Positions 10,138 through 22,376 of a stretch of DNA of 64,000 bases are shown in pieces (the stretch's first letter is position 1; each line of letters opens with the position of its first letter). The DNA is from an uncultured Nitrospiraceae bacterium (GTDB taxonomy: Bacteria; Nitrospirota; Thermodesulfovibrionia; Thermodesulfovibrionales; Dissulfurispiraceae), in contig CAVSHF010000005.1 of NCBI GenBank assembly GCA_963727805.1, positions 832,001-896,000 of the forward strand, written 5' to 3'. Under the pieces are notes generated by a model. The model was given only the letters and a program-made list of their open reading frames with translations. It was not told the origin of the DNA and ran no database searches. The position numbers were made by a program, and so were the translations under genes.

Positions 10138-11760
10138 ATGTTGAAGAATCTCTCTATCAAGGCGCGGTTGCTGGTGGGTTTTGGTGCCATAATGTTTCTT
10201 TCCGTGCTGCTTTCCGTTGTTGCATTGTTTGCTATCCGTACCATTAATGGGGAAATCGACAGAATAGTTAGCGAACGCTGGCCGAAGACCGTCCAAGCAA
10301 ATGATATCATCGATAATATCAATGTTGTTGCCCGGGCTCTCAGAAATGCCATTATCCTTGAAGATGCACACATGGGACAAAGGGAACTCGACCGCATCCC
10401 TGAAGCGATCAAAGGCGTAACTGGAAATATCGAAAAACTCGAGAAGTCGATCAGCAGCGACAAAGGCAAACAACTGTTGAATGACCTCAAAGGCAAGAGA
10501 TCGGCTTATCAGGACGATTTAACAAAGACGTTGCAGCTTATCAAAGAAGGCAAGAGGAAAGAGGCGGGTCTCTATCTAGTGACGACCCTGCGGAAGACAC
10601 AAAGTGCTTATTTCGCGTCAGCCGAAGAACTCATCAAATATCAGAGCCAACTTATGGAAGAAGCGGGTAAAGATGCCGGAAACAAAGCTAGGCAGACACA
10701 GATCCTGGTGATTGTGCTTATCCTTGCGGCTACGGTTCTGTCAGTAGTGGGATCCCTCTTCATCATCCGGAGCATAACCGTGCCTCTGTCAGAAGGGGTT
10801 GGGGTGGCCAACAGACTTGCAGCAGGTGATCTGACGGCGTCGGTGACGATTAGGAGTAATGATGAGATAGGCACACTGATGAGTGCCATGGATAATATGG
10901 TGAAAAGCCTACGGGATTTGATAGGCAAGATCCAGTATGCTTCAGTGAATATGGCCTCTGGCAGTGAGCAGCTCAGCGCCAGCGCAGAGGAGATATCGCG
11001 GGGCATGGAAGGTCAGGCTGCCCGCTCGAACCAGATTGCCACCTCTACTGAACAAATGTCCCAGACCGTTATTGACGTGGCAAAAAATACAGCCAACATC
11101 GCTCAGATATCCACACAAACTTATAGTCATGCCCAGGATGGCGCGAGCATTGTCAATCGATCAGTCGATGAGGTGCAGGCCATCGCCACGACTGTTGCCG
11201 AATCGTCTCAGGTCATGCAGCGCCTCAGCGAGAGCTCAAAACAGATTGGCAATATAGTGGGCGTCATCAACGACATTGCCGACCAGACCAATCTGCTGGC
11301 CCTTAATGCAGCCATCGAAGCCGCTCGAGCAGGGGAGCAGGGCCGGGGTTTCTCGGTTGTTGCCGATGAAGTCAGGAAACTCGCTGAAAAGACCACTCAG
11401 GCCACCTCTCAAATCAGCACGATGATATCCTCCATCCAGGTTGAGGTTGCCCATGCTAATACCTCATTAGACAACGCCACTTTGCGCGTTGAGAGTGGAA
11501 TGGAGTTCAGCCGGAAAGCCGGAGATTCACTCAATAATATTGTAAACAGTTCCAACAACCTTCAGTCCATGGTGCAACAGATCGCTTCAGCCACAGAGGA
11601 GATGTCAACTGTCTCCGAGACTATCAGCTCTGACATCCAGAGCAACGCTGAAGGACAGAAGGAGATATCGGCCGGTTCCGGTCAGATCGCGCAAGCCTCA
11701 TCGGATCTTGCCCGGCTTGCAACGGAACTGAAGAGTGTAGCGAGTCAGTTCAAAGTGTGA
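10138..11760 (+). CDS. Methyl-accepting chemotaxis protein (4HB sensor, HAMP, signalling domain)
   Basis: Two TM helices; [38 protein letters not shown]. Confidence 0.95.
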   Translation: MLKNLSIKARLLVGFGAIMFLSVLLSVVALFAIRTINGEIDRIVSERWPKTVQANDIIDNINVVARALRNAIILEDAHMGQRELDRIPEAIKGVTGNIEKLEKSISSDKGKQLLNDLKGKRSAYQDDLTKTLQLIKEGKRKEAGLYLVTTLRKTQSAYFASAEELIKYQSQLMEEAGKDAGNKARQTQILVIVLILAATVLSVVGSLFIIRSITVPLSEGVGVANRLAAGDLTASVTIRSNDEIGTLMSAMDNMVKSLRDLIGKIQYASVNMASGSEQLSASAEEISRGMEGQAARSNQIATSTEQMSQTVIDVAKNTANIAQISTQTYSHAQDGASIVNRSVDEVQAIATTVAESSQVMQRLSESSKQIGNIVGVINDIADQTNLLALNAAIEAARAGEQGRGFSVVADEVRKLAEKTTQATSQISTMISSIQVEVAHANTSLDNATLRVESGMEFSRKAGDSLNNIVNSSNNLQSMVQQIASATEEMSTVSETISSDIQSNAEGQKEISAGSGQIAQASSDLARLATELKSVASQFKV

Positions 11761-11908
11761 GCCCAGACCCATTTAGGCTCTCAATCCATGCAACTCAACT
11801 TAACCTCGATATCACTCCTGCTGTGACAGCACCGGTTGTGGTAGGCAGAACGATTGGAATTTCGCCTATTCGTACTGTGATCGAGACAAATTTCTATGAC
11901 CTGAGAAT

Positions 11909-14900
11909 ATGATTTATTACCTTCGAGTCTCTATGGCCGTTATACGTGAAAACCTCAATTATATTACGGTGAGTTTGAGTGTTGTTCCCCTGCTCCTGAT
12001 CTTAATAATTAATACCGGATGCTGCGATGTAATCAAGATTGGAGTGCTTGCCAATCGCGGCGATGAAAAATGCAGGCAGATGTGGGACCCAACCGCAGAA
12101 TATTTGTCAAATAAATTACCCGGGTATATATTTAAAATCATTCCTTTATCATTTGATAAAATTTCCTCTGCCGTCAAGAATGAAGAGGTAGATTTTTTAC
12201 TCACCAACCCTTCTATTTACGTAGACTTGGAAGTGCAATACAGCATTTCCCGCATAGCCACCTTAAAAAGTCAGTATACCAAAGTCTACCCGTGTTTTGG
12301 CGGGGTCATTTTTACCAGATCGGACAATCCCAATATATATGTTTTGCGAGATTTAATCGGCAAGAAATTCATAGCGGTAAATCAAACGTCACTGGGCGGG
12401 TGGCAAGTTGCATTAAGGGAATTTAAAAAAGCTGGAATAGACCCCTATAGAGACTTTGAGATCGTACAATTTTCCGGTAATCACGAATCAGCAATCCAAG
12501 CTGTGGTTGACGGCAAGGCTGATGCTGGAACGGCCAACACAGACGTATTTGCAGATCTCCTGCAAAACGGCAGCATTAATCTGAATGACTTTCGCATATT
12601 GATGCCTGAAGGGTTGGATATAAATAAAAATGATTTCCCTTATCCCGTCAGCACAAGACTCTACCCTGGATGGCCCTTGTCAAAGTTGCAAAAGACTCCT
12701 GAGAACTTAGCGACTAACGTAGCAATCACCTTGCTCGATATGAAGGTAGATAATGAGGCGGCACGAGCAGCGGATTCCAAAGGGTGGTCCTATCCTCTCA
12801 ATTATCAAGAAGTCCACGAACTGAAAAAAGAACTTAAATTGGGTGTCTATAAGGATTTTGAGAAGGCAACAATGATGATTATTTTACACAAATACAAGGG
12901 CGAGATTCTCCTGGGCTTTCTCATATTCCTGATTTCGTTAACAGCGTCGATCGTTCTGGCATATCTGTACCGGCATTCTAAACTGACCGAGAAGGCCTTG
13001 AGACTGTCGGAGGAAAAATTTTCCAAGGCCTTTCGTTCCGTACCTGCCGGTCTTAGTATAAGTAGTCTTTCAGATGGTCATTACATAGAAGTAAATGACA
13101 CTTTCCTTCGCGATAGAGGGTATACAGGGGAAGACATCATCGGGCAAAGGGCAACAGAGTTGAATATGTGGGTCGAACCGGAGCAGAGGGTCGAAATGTT
13201 GAGTAAACTACAGGAAAGTGGGAAGATGGTTACCAACAGGGAAGTAAAGTTCAGGACGAAGACCGATGAGATTCGAACGATGTTATGGTCTGCTGAACTC
13301 ATGGAATTCGGCGGAGAACGAAACGTAATCGCAATAAGCCAAGACATTACCCAATTAAGAGAAGTGCAGGAGGCATTAAGAAGATCCGAGGAATGGTACC
13401 GCAGCGTAATAGACTATACATACAATTGGGAATATTGGATAGACGACAACGGCAATTTCTTATATGTTTCTCCATCATGCAAGCGAATCACCGGATACAA
13501 TCCGGTAGATTTTATGATGGATAAAGAGTTGCTGCGTAAAATCATTCATCCCGACGATATGCAACTTTTCATGGACCACCTCCATACAATATCCGGGTGT
13601 GGTGAAGTCGTCCCCATCGACTTCAGGATAATCGATGCTGAAGGCAAGGAGAAGTGGATAGGACACGTATGTCAGGGCGTTATGGGCAGTGGTGGAGAAA
13701 TCCGCGGAAGAAGGGTTAGCAACCGTGATATAACCGACAGGAAAAGGCTTGAAGAAGAAAGAGAGCTCCTGCAGACCCAACTTTTACAAGCCCAGAAGAT
13801 GGAGGCAGTGGGACAGCTTGCCGGTGGCATTGCTCACGATTTTAACAATATTATTTATGCGATATCAGGCTATGCCCACCTGCTGATGGACAAAGTGAGC
13901 GTTGATAATCCTGCTAGAGACTACGTCGTAGAGATACTCGAATCGGCGGACAGGGCAGCTGAAGTCACCCACGGCCTTCTTGCATTCAGCCGCAAACAGG
14001 TGATGAATGTCAAATCATTGGATGTGAATGACATTCTTGGAAGGTTTAAAAAATTAGTACCCAGGATAATCGGTGAGGATATAGAAGTAATCATTACGTT
14101 GTCAAGCAGTAAAGTAATCTGTATGGCCGATGCAGGTCAGATAGAGCAGGTCTTGTTGAATTTAGTGAACAATGCCAGAGATGCCATGTCTAAGGGCGGA
14201 AGGCTGATATTAAGTGGCCAACTTGTTGAACTTGACGACACTTTTATTAAAATACATGGGTACGGAAAGTCCGGCACCTATGTTCTTGTTTCTGTGTCAG
14301 ACACAGGCATTGGCATGAATAAAGAGACTCTAGCAAAAATATTTGAACCTTTTTTTACAACGAAAGAGTTTGGAAAAGGAACAGGTCTCGGACTTGCAAT
14401 GGTATACGGCATAATAAAGCAGCACGAAGGCTATATAACTGTTTACAGCGAGCCTGGGGAAGGATCAACTTTCCAAATTTATCTTCCGTCAGCTCAGTCA
14501 AATGCAGAAGTCCCTGCAAGACCTGTTGTACACCTTCCGGTAGGCGGGACAGAGGTCATACTCGTGGCGGAGGATGATGATAGATTGCGAAAACTCTCCA
14601 AAATCGTCCTGACACAGCATGGGTATGAAATAATACTGGCTCGGGATGGTCAAGAGGCGTTAGATAAATTTATCGAGAACAAAGACAGAATTCAGCTGGT
14701 TCTCCTTGACATGGGGATGCCTCAAAAAAGCGGGAAAGAAGCTCTTAATGAGATCAGAAGAATTAAGCCGGACATGAAAAGCATTTTTTTAAGTGGTTAC
14801 ACTGCTGACAGGCTGAATAAAGACAGTCTGCATGACGAAGATATAAACTTATTATTTAAGCCGGTATCACCCAAAGATCTATTAAGAAAGGTAAGAGAAA

Positions 14901-14914
14901 TCCTAGACAAATAA
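11909..14914 (+). CDS. Hybrid sensor histidine kinase (PhnD/TtrS-like periplasmic domain, two PAS, HisKA, HATPase, REC)
   Basis: QKMEAVGQLAGGIAHDFNN, NLVNNARDAM, DTGIGM, FEPFFTTK..GTGLGL, C-terminal receiver; start uncertain. Confidence 0.9.
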   Translation: MIYYLRVSMAVIRENLNYITVSLSVVPLLLILIINTGCCDVIKIGVLANRGDEKCRQMWDPTAEYLSNKLPGYIFKIIPLSFDKISSAVKNEEVDFLLTNPSIYVDLEVQYSISRIATLKSQYTKVYPCFGGVIFTRSDNPNIYVLRDLIGKKFIAVNQTSLGGWQVALREFKKAGIDPYRDFEIVQFSGNHESAIQAVVDGKADAGTANTDVFADLLQNGSINLNDFRILMPEGLDINKNDFPYPVSTRLYPGWPLSKLQKTPENLATNVAITLLDMKVDNEAARAADSKGWSYPLNYQEVHELKKELKLGVYKDFEKATMMIILHKYKGEILLGFLIFLISLTASIVLAYLYRHSKLTEKALRLSEEKFSKAFRSVPAGLSISSLSDGHYIEVNDTFLRDRGYTGEDIIGQRATELNMWVEPEQRVEMLSKLQESGKMVTNREVKFRTKTDEIRTMLWSAELMEFGGERNVIAISQDITQLREVQEALRRSEEWYRSVIDYTYNWEYWIDDNGNFLYVSPSCKRITGYNPVDFMMDKELLRKIIHPDDMQLFMDHLHTISGCGEVVPIDFRIIDAEGKEKWIGHVCQGVMGSGGEIRGRRVSNRDITDRKRLEEERELLQTQLLQAQKMEAVGQLAGGIAHDFNNIIYAISGYAHLLMDKVSVDNPARDYVVEILESADRAAEVTHGLLAFSRKQVMNVKSLDVNDILGRFKKLVPRIIGEDIEVIITLSSSKVICMADAGQIEQVLLNLVNNARDAMSKGGRLILSGQLVELDDTFIKIHGYGKSGTYVLVSVSDTGIGMNKETLAKIFEPFFTTKEFGKGTGLGLAMVYGIIKQHEGYITVYSEPGEGSTFQIYLPSAQSNAEVPARPVVHLPVGGTEVILVAEDDDRLRKLSKIVLTQHGYEIILARDGQEALDKFIENKDRIQLVLLDMGMPQKSGKEALNEIRRIKPDMKSIFLSGYTADRLNKDSLHDEDINLLFKPVSPKDLLRKVREILDK

Positions 14915-15837
14915 TAGAGTATGAGCTTACTTATCTGAGAAAGGTCCGCGCATTCGCGTCATCGACTATGATTTGCATGCATGTTCAAGGATATAAATAC
15001 CCGTTCGAAATCCCCAAGAGTCATAGATCGTAAGGTTATGAAAGGGCGAGTCGGTCGCACTGCGGCTTTCACGCTATACTTAATATTTTAACCACCGCAT
15101 TTCATGTATTCAGAATGCTCTGCGACATTATCCGCTAAACATTGGACTGCTTGTGCCTGATAAAATAGTATCTCTTTCCATGCGAGTCCAAAATATGCAT
15201 TAAATACACTTTTGTGATATATTGCGGACAATTATGACAATCATATACAAACGTAGTGGTAATACCCAGTCTCTTGGGATAACCCGTTCGACGTCACGCG
15301 CGACCTTGTATAGCGGCATAGATGGCACCCTTCTTATCGATCCCAAAGGCATTCGCCACGCAATTAGCGCAATACTAGATAGCATGACAACGAACAATGG
15401 TAACATCTCACGGGGTGCACGACAACTCAGCAAGCCAGTACATCTCATTTGCAAGATCACCAACTAGGTGTCTCGTTGTGTCGGAAGGGGAGCTACGTCA
15501 ACTTGTTGCTGAGACTTCGCCCGTAAACTCGCAAATCTGAAATTGACAATCGAATCGCCTCATTGAAGACTCAAGATGCAACAATCACCATAAGACGTTA
15601 CCTTGGCTCGAAGGACATAGATTTTACCTCACCTCAGAGCGGCGCGAAATCATCGACAAGGAACTCGCCCGTATCAATAGTTCCCCTTGGGCAGTCGGAG
15701 AAATAAGATTGGAAACGTTCATTTTTGTTGTGGATCCGGCTATGAATGATATTACTCTGCGGAATCGGAACTAGACATGGGAACAGACAGCTGACAGAAC
15801 TCCCCAGCGAAGTCTAAACACAAGGGCATCATGAATG

Positions 15838-15864
15838 AAAAAAAGGGCCTATGACGGCCCCTTT
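15838..15864 (-). terminator. Intrinsic terminator downstream of ahcY
   Basis: Minus strand gggcc-gtcata-ggccc hairpin followed by TTTTTTT, about 20 bp after the ahcY stop. Confidence 0.7.
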
Positions 15865-15885
15865 CATTTCTTAAAAAATATTCTG

Positions 15886-17145
<1,260 letters not shown>

Positions 17146-17167
17146 TTATCCTCCATTTTCAGGACTT

Positions 17168-18322
17168 TTATAGTCCCGCTCCTTTCCTTAAAATTTCAGC
17201 CTTGTCGGTACGTTCCCACGTAAACTCGGGTTCGGTCCTGCCGAAGTGTCCGTAGGCTGCAGTCTTCTTGTAAATAGGCCTTCTGAGATCCAGGGCATCG
17301 ATGATCGCTTTGGGGGTAAGGGCGAAGTGTGCCCTTATCAGTGAGACAATTTTTTCATCGGATATCTTGCCGGTACCGAAAGTATCGATGAATATCGAAA
17401 CAGGATCGGGGACGCCTATGGCGTAGGCAATCTGGACTTCGAGCCTTTCGGCAACGCCTGCAGCAACGAGATTCTTGGCGATATATCGGCCCATATACGA
17501 GCCTGAGCGGTCGACCTTCGTTCCATCCTTGCCGGAGAAGCAGCCTCCCCCATGGCTACCAACGCCCCCGTAAGTATCGACGATGATCTTCCTGCCGGTC
17601 AGTCCAGTATCTCCCATCGGGCCTCCGACCACGAACCTGCCGGTGGGATTGATGTGATAGGTGATGTGCTCTTCATCGAGCAACTCCGGAGGAATTACCG
17701 GCTTGATGACCTTTTCGATGATGTCTTCACGCATCTCCTTAAGTGTGATGTCGGGACTGTGTTGAGAGGATACGACAATGGTATCGACCCGCATAGGTTT
17801 GTAATCCTCGTATTCAATGGTCACCTGGGTCTTCCCATCTGGCCTCAGATAACTCAGGATGTCCTCTTTCCTGCACTCGGAAAGCCTCCTTGCAAGCTTG
17901 TGAGCAAGCATAATTGACATCGGCATGAGCTCGGGCGTTTCGTTGCAAGCAAAGCCGAACATGAGTCCCTGATCTCCAGCGCCTCCGGGATCAACGCCCA
18001 TCTTGATGTCGGGCGATTGTTCATGGATTGATGTAATTACTGCGCATGTTTCATAATCAAAACCGTATTTCGCCCTGGTATATCCGATATCCTTTATAGT
18101 CTCGCGTACGATCATCGGGATGTCAACATACGTGGTCGTAGTGATCTCACCCGCCACAAAGGCAAGACCTGTTGTGACCAGTGTCTCACATGCAACCCTC
18201 GAATAAGGGTCTTTGCTCAGAATGGCGTCGAGAATGGAATCCGATATCTGATCGGCAATCTTATCGGGATGACCCTCCGTTACCGATTCCGAAGTAAAAA
18301 AGTATCTTTTGTCAGCCGCCAT
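17168..18322 (-). CDS. metK: S-adenosylmethionine synthetase
   Basis: [33 protein letters not shown] and GGGCFSGKD. Confidence 0.98.
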   Translation of the reverse strand: MAADKRYFFTSESVTEGHPDKIADQISDSILDAILSKDPYSRVACETLVTTGLAFVAGEITTTTYVDIPMIVRETIKDIGYTRAKYGFDYETCAVITSIHEQSPDIKMGVDPGGAGDQGLMFGFACNETPELMPMSIMLAHKLARRLSECRKEDILSYLRPDGKTQVTIEYEDYKPMRVDTIVVSSQHSPDITLKEMREDIIEKVIKPVIPPELLDEEHITYHINPTGRFVVGGPMGDTGLTGRKIIVDTYGGVGSHGGGCFSGKDGTKVDRSGSYMGRYIAKNLVAAGVAERLEVQIAYAIGVPDPVSIFIDTFGTGKISDEKIVSLIRAHFALTPKAIIDALDLRRPIYKKTAAYGHFGRTEPEFTWERTDKAEILRKGAGL

Positions 18323-18372
18323 CGCTCACCTCCATGTGCGTAGGTTCTAGATTAATGATGTGAAACACCCTA

Positions 18373-19389
18373 TTACTCTTTTATCAAATACTCTGCAATC
18401 TGGACTGCATTCAATGCCGCCCCTTTTCTCAGGTTATCGGATACGATCCACATATTGATTCCGTTGTCTGTTGACTCGTCCTCGCGAATCCTTCCGACAA
18501 AAACCTCATCCTTGCCGTCGCAGTGGATCGGCAGTGGATAAATGCTCTTTTCTGGCGCATCGAAGACTATCACACCCGGAGCCCTGGATAGTAACTCCCT
18601 CACAGCATTGGCCGTAATTTTTCGCTCTGTCTCGATATTCAGCGCTTCGGAATGGCCTCTAAAAACAGGAACACGTACCGTTGTAGCCGTGACCCTGATC
18701 GAATTATCTCCCATGATCTTTCTCGTCTCATTGACCATTTTCATCTCTTCCTTCGTATATCCATTGTCAAGAAATTTGTCGATCTGAGGCAACACGTTGA
18801 AAGCGATTTGGTGTGGGTAAACGTTGCACTGAACGCCTCTGAAGCTAAGTAAGTCTGAAGTCTGCTGCATAAGCTCGTCCATCGCTTTCTTGCCAGTGCC
18901 CGAGACGGCCTGGAATGTTGTTACCACTACGCGCTTGATCTTTGCAGCATCATGTATCGGCTTCAGGGCAACCACCATCTGTATAGTAGAACAATTAGGA
19001 TTGGCTATAATTCCCTTATGCCAGTTGAGGTCATGGGGATTGACTTCAGGAACGACAAGCGGGACCTCTGGGTCCATCCTCCAATAGCTCGAATTATCGA
19101 TAACCACACATCCCGACTGAGCGGCGATAGGCGCCCATATCCTGGACCTCTCTGCTCCCGCTGAAAAAAGCGCGATGTCGATACCCTTGAAAGAATCTTC
19201 ATTGATGACCTCGACAGGAAGCTTCTCACGCCGGAACTCAAGGGTCTTATCCGCAGAACGCTCCGAGGCAAAGAGTCTCAGTTTTCCAACAGGAAACTCG
19301 CGCTGTTCAAGTGTCGCGATCATCTCATTGCCGACGGCCCCTGTTGCACCCACAACGGCAACAATATATTTTTCTTTTTTCCGCAGCAC
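18373..19389 (-). CDS. asd: Aspartate-semialdehyde dehydrogenase
   Basis: VVGATGAVG, ANPNCSTIQ, SGTG and DNLRKGAALNAVQIAE. Confidence 0.97.
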   Translation of the reverse strand: MLRKKEKYIVAVVGATGAVGNEMIATLEQREFPVGKLRLFASERSADKTLEFRREKLPVEVINEDSFKGIDIALFSAGAERSRIWAPIAAQSGCVVIDNSSYWRMDPEVPLVVPEVNPHDLNWHKGIIANPNCSTIQMVVALKPIHDAAKIKRVVVTTFQAVSGTGKKAMDELMQQTSDLLSFRGVQCNVYPHQIAFNVLPQIDKFLDNGYTKEEMKMVNETRKIMGDNSIRVTATTVRVPVFRGHSEALNIETERKITANAVRELLSRAPGVIVFDAPEKSIYPLPIHCDGKDEVFVGRIREDESTDNGINMWIVSDNLRKGAALNAVQIAEYLIKE

Positions 19390-19393
19390 GGTC

Positions 19394-20467
19394 TTACTCC
19401 TTTATTTCCGTCACATATTTGGCTGCAAGATCCCCGACCTCTGTCGTGGAATATCCCATCTTGCCTGCGGCAAGGCTCTTCAAATGCTTGCCTGTCACCT
19501 CCATAGCCGCCCTCTCGATCACCTTGCCAGCAGTATTCTCGCCGAGGCATTCGAGCATCATCCCTCCCGCGCAGATCGCCGCCAGTGGATTGATGATATT
19601 CTGCCCTGTATATTTCGGGGCCGAACCGCCGATCGGTTCGAACATCGAAACACCCTCAGGGTTAATGTTGCCGCCGGCTGCGATACCCATACCGCCCTGG
19701 ATCATCGCGCCGAGATCGGTGATGATGTCGCCGAACATGTTGTCAGTGACAATCACATCGAACCATTCTGGATTCTTCACAAACCACATCGTGGTCGCAT
19801 CGACATGCGCATAATCAGGCTTGATCATCGGGTATTCTTTAGCGACTTCATAAAACGCCCGTTCCCAAAGGTCGAATGCGAAGGTGAGAACGTTCGTCTT
19901 GCCGCAAAGCGTCAACTTGTTCCTCTTATTTCTCTTCTTGCAGTATTCGAAGGCGTATCTGATACAGCGCTCCACGCCTTTGCGAGTATTGATCGATTCT
20001 TGGATAGCGACCTCATCAGGCGTGCCTTTCTTCAAGACACCGCCCGCGCCAGCATAGAGGCCCTCTGTGTTCTCACGGACGACAACAAAGTCGATATGCT
20101 CAGGGCCTTTGTCTTTTAGCGGACACTCAACGCCGGGATAAAGCTTAACCGGTCTCAGGTTGATGTACTGATCGAGCTCGAACCTGAGGCGAAGCAATAT
20201 GCCTTTTTCGAGGATGCCGGGCTTCACATCCGGATGTCCTATTGCGCCGAGATAAATTGCATGGTATTTTCTGAGATCGTCGGCTGCGCCGTTCGGCAGC
20301 ACTTCACCGGTTCTCAGGTAGCGATCGCCTCCATAATCATAGTAGTGGTAATCGAGCTTAAATCCAAACCGTGCAGATGCGGTATTGAGGACCTTAATCC
20401 CTTCGGCAACCACCTCGGGACCGGTGCCATCGCCACCTATGACTGCAATATTATATGTCTTGCTCAT
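19394..20467 (-). CDS. leuB: 3-isopropylmalate dehydrogenase
   Basis: IAVIGGDGTGPEV, VVRENTEG, NMFGDIITD and FEPIGGSAP; start set at ATG 20467 (MSKTYNIAV) after an AGGAG RBS. Confidence 0.88.
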   Translation of the reverse strand: MSKTYNIAVIGGDGTGPEVVAEGIKVLNTASARFGFKLDYHYYDYGGDRYLRTGEVLPNGAADDLRKYHAIYLGAIGHPDVKPGILEKGILLRLRFELDQYINLRPVKLYPGVECPLKDKGPEHIDFVVVRENTEGLYAGAGGVLKKGTPDEVAIQESINTRKGVERCIRYAFEYCKKRNKRNKLTLCGKTNVLTFAFDLWERAFYEVAKEYPMIKPDYAHVDATTMWFVKNPEWFDVIVTDNMFGDIITDLGAMIQGGMGIAAGGNINPEGVSMFEPIGGSAPKYTGQNIINPLAAICAGGMMLECLGENTAGKVIERAAMEVTGKHLKSLAAGKMGYSTTEVGDLAAKYVTEIKE

Positions 20468-20690
20468 AAGTGCTTCTCCTTTGTTTAATTTAATCTTAGG
20501 CTGCTCGATCAGTCCCCCTTGCTGTTTTAATATAACAGTCGGGGCTGACAGCGTCAGCATCTGAAACTTTGCTGAGACTCAACACCTTGCCCGCAAGCAA
20601 TATCGCTTCTATCTTCATGCCATGCTTTGGCAAAGCTGTTATTCTGTTATAATGAACAGATATTATAAATCTTTATCAAACAATTTTCCA

Positions 20691-21629
20691 ATGAAAAAAG
20701 TCATCGTCCTTCTCGGACCAACTGGCGTCGGGAAAACCGCAGCCTCGCTCATTCTGGCCCAAGCCATCGGGACAGAGATCATCAGCGCCGATTCAATGCA
20801 GATATACCGTCATATGGACATTGGGACCGCAAAGCCGACTCCGGAAGAACAGTCAGCAGTAAGACATCACATGATCGATGTCGCAGATCCCTGGGATTCC
20901 TTCAGCACCGGCAGGTATATCAAACAGGTCCAACCCGTCATTGCCGCTCTCCACGAGAGACACACCGTGCCAGTGATAGTCGGAGGCACAGGGCTTTATA
21001 TAAAAGCTATGACACGAGGCATATTTCACGGTCCGTCCGCCAATAAGGATTTGAGGGAAGAATTATTGACGAAAGAGAGTGCTGAGCCCGGTTCTCTTTA
21101 TAGGCAACTCCAGTCTGTTGACCCTGTGTCAGCAGCCGCGATAATGCCTGCTGATGTGAGAAGGACTGTCCGCTCCCTTGAGGTTTACCTCACAGGAGAA
21201 AAATCGATGTCCGAGATGCAGGCCAGATATACCGAGCGGCTTCCCTATTTTTTTATCAAGATCGGCCTGACGAGAGACAGACAAGAACTATACGAAATGA
21301 TACAAAAGCGCGTAGACATAATGATCGAACGGGGACTGGTGGATGAGGTCAAGCAGATAATCGCTCGAATCTGCGAGCACTACAAAGGCCCAGTTGCTAA
21401 TTTGTCATCCTTGCAGGCCATCGGGTATAAGGAACTTATACCCCATATTGATGGGAATCTGTCCTTGCCTGACGCAGTCGAGCTTATTAAAAAACACTCT
21501 CGCAACTACGCCAAACGACAGTTCACCTGGTTCAGGAAAGAAGAAGGAATCAACTGGGTCGATATAACTGGTATTTATGAATCTGCAGCGATCGGTAAAA
21601 AATTGCTTGAGCTGGTCGGGGCGGCATGA
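20691..21629 (+). CDS. miaA: tRNA dimethylallyltransferase
   Basis: GPTGVGKT, DSMQIYRHMDIGTAKP, GGTGLY, AIGYKE and RNYAKRQFTWF; start set at ATG 20691. Confidence 0.96.
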   Translation: MKKVIVLLGPTGVGKTAASLILAQAIGTEIISADSMQIYRHMDIGTAKPTPEEQSAVRHHMIDVADPWDSFSTGRYIKQVQPVIAALHERHTVPVIVGGTGLYIKAMTRGIFHGPSANKDLREELLTKESAEPGSLYRQLQSVDPVSAAAIMPADVRRTVRSLEVYLTGEKSMSEMQARYTERLPYFFIKIGLTRDRQELYEMIQKRVDIMIERGLVDEVKQIIARICEHYKGPVANLSSLQAIGYKELIPHIDGNLSLPDAVELIKKHSRNYAKRQFTWFRKEEGINWVDITGIYESAAIGKKLLELVGAA

Positions 21630-21670
21630 TAATGAACCGACACACACCATTATGCTTCTGATATTGCCTT

Positions 21671-21949
21671 CTATCTCCGCCCCTCAATCAAAAATATGGA
21701 AAACTCTTTGTTCCCTGCTCCTGCCACATCTCTGACAACCGTCGCGGCCGTTGTGTTGCTGACATCATGGAAGCCCGATTCCTGAAGCAGCTTTTTTAGC
21801 TCTTCACGGTCGAACCCGAAGTGGAACACGCCTGTATTATCGCTGTGGAATAAACCTCCCTCCGCATCGAGATCGGCGAAGCATAGCCGACCTTCCGGCT
21901 TGAGGAGTTGATGCCACATCCTGAACAGCATGCCGGTATCAGGAACATG
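21671..21949 (-). pseudogene. 3' fragment of a class I SAM-dependent methyltransferase gene, truncated by the transposon insertion
   Basis: HVPD..LLKPEGRLCFADLD.EGGLFH..FHFGFDREEL is a methyltransferase C-terminal half; the SAM-binding N-terminus is missing and the frame runs into the transposon end at 21950. Confidence 0.8.
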
Positions 21950-22015
21950 TGTCATTTCCAAAAGATAACTTAACCTAACAACAAATAACTTAACTGATAT
22001 ACAAGATAACTTAAC
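21950..22015 (+). repeat. Tn5053/Tn402-like transposon end: 25-bp terminal repeat plus transposase-binding repeats
   Basis: TGTCATTTCCAAAAGATAACTTAAC (21950-21974); ATAACTTAAC at 21965, 21985 and 22006. Confidence 0.85.
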
Positions 22016-22150
22016 TCACCTAGCCCTTATTCCCTACTAAAGTCGGTCATTATTGCTTATAGGAGGACTTTCTTAATCTCGTTAAGTGCCTCGTTCGGCT
22101 CCGAACACAGGACTTCGAGGCCGGACACTGTTATTTCCTTGCAATATAAG

Positions 22151-22333
22151 TCAAAGTCGACGTCCTGCCTCCCTTTGCCTATAAAAGTTCGGTTCATATG
22201 CGACCGGCTTGCTACCTGACGCTCCAAAAGTCATCCTGGAATCAATTCCAGGGTACCAATTGTTGTTCCCGTTGGTGTCTACACACCATGTGCCATTTCT
22301 AAAAAGGCCGATTTCCGAATTGTTCCACGGCAT
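22151..22333 (-). pseudogene. Orphan FG-GAP/VCBS-like repeat fragment
   Basis: IGLFRNGTWCVDTNGNNNW copies the repeat unit of the adjacent gene and shares accatgtgccatttctaaa with ~23083-23101. Confidence 0.55.
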
Positions 22334-22376
22334 AATGGCTAAGGCCCTACCTGCTTATTAGCTTGTAAGAATCTGT

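Noticed and set aside
14915..15835. Long intergenic region with short ORFs (15200-15463, 15222-15467)
   Set aside because: No recognisable motifs, RBS or repeats; no feature can be supported.
18323..18372. Possible SAM/SAH riboswitch upstream of metK-ahcY
   Set aside because: The gap is only 50 bp and has no aptamer consensus.
19175..20119. 314-aa plus-strand ORF and similar shadow ORFs (e.g. 50828-51592, 52083-52664)
   Set aside because: Antisense to well-supported genes, with no protein motifs.
21965..22015. Three regularly spaced 10-bp repeats considered as a mini CRISPR array
   Set aside because: Repeats and spacers are about 10 bp and there are no cas genes; they fit transposase-binding sites behind a TGT terminus.
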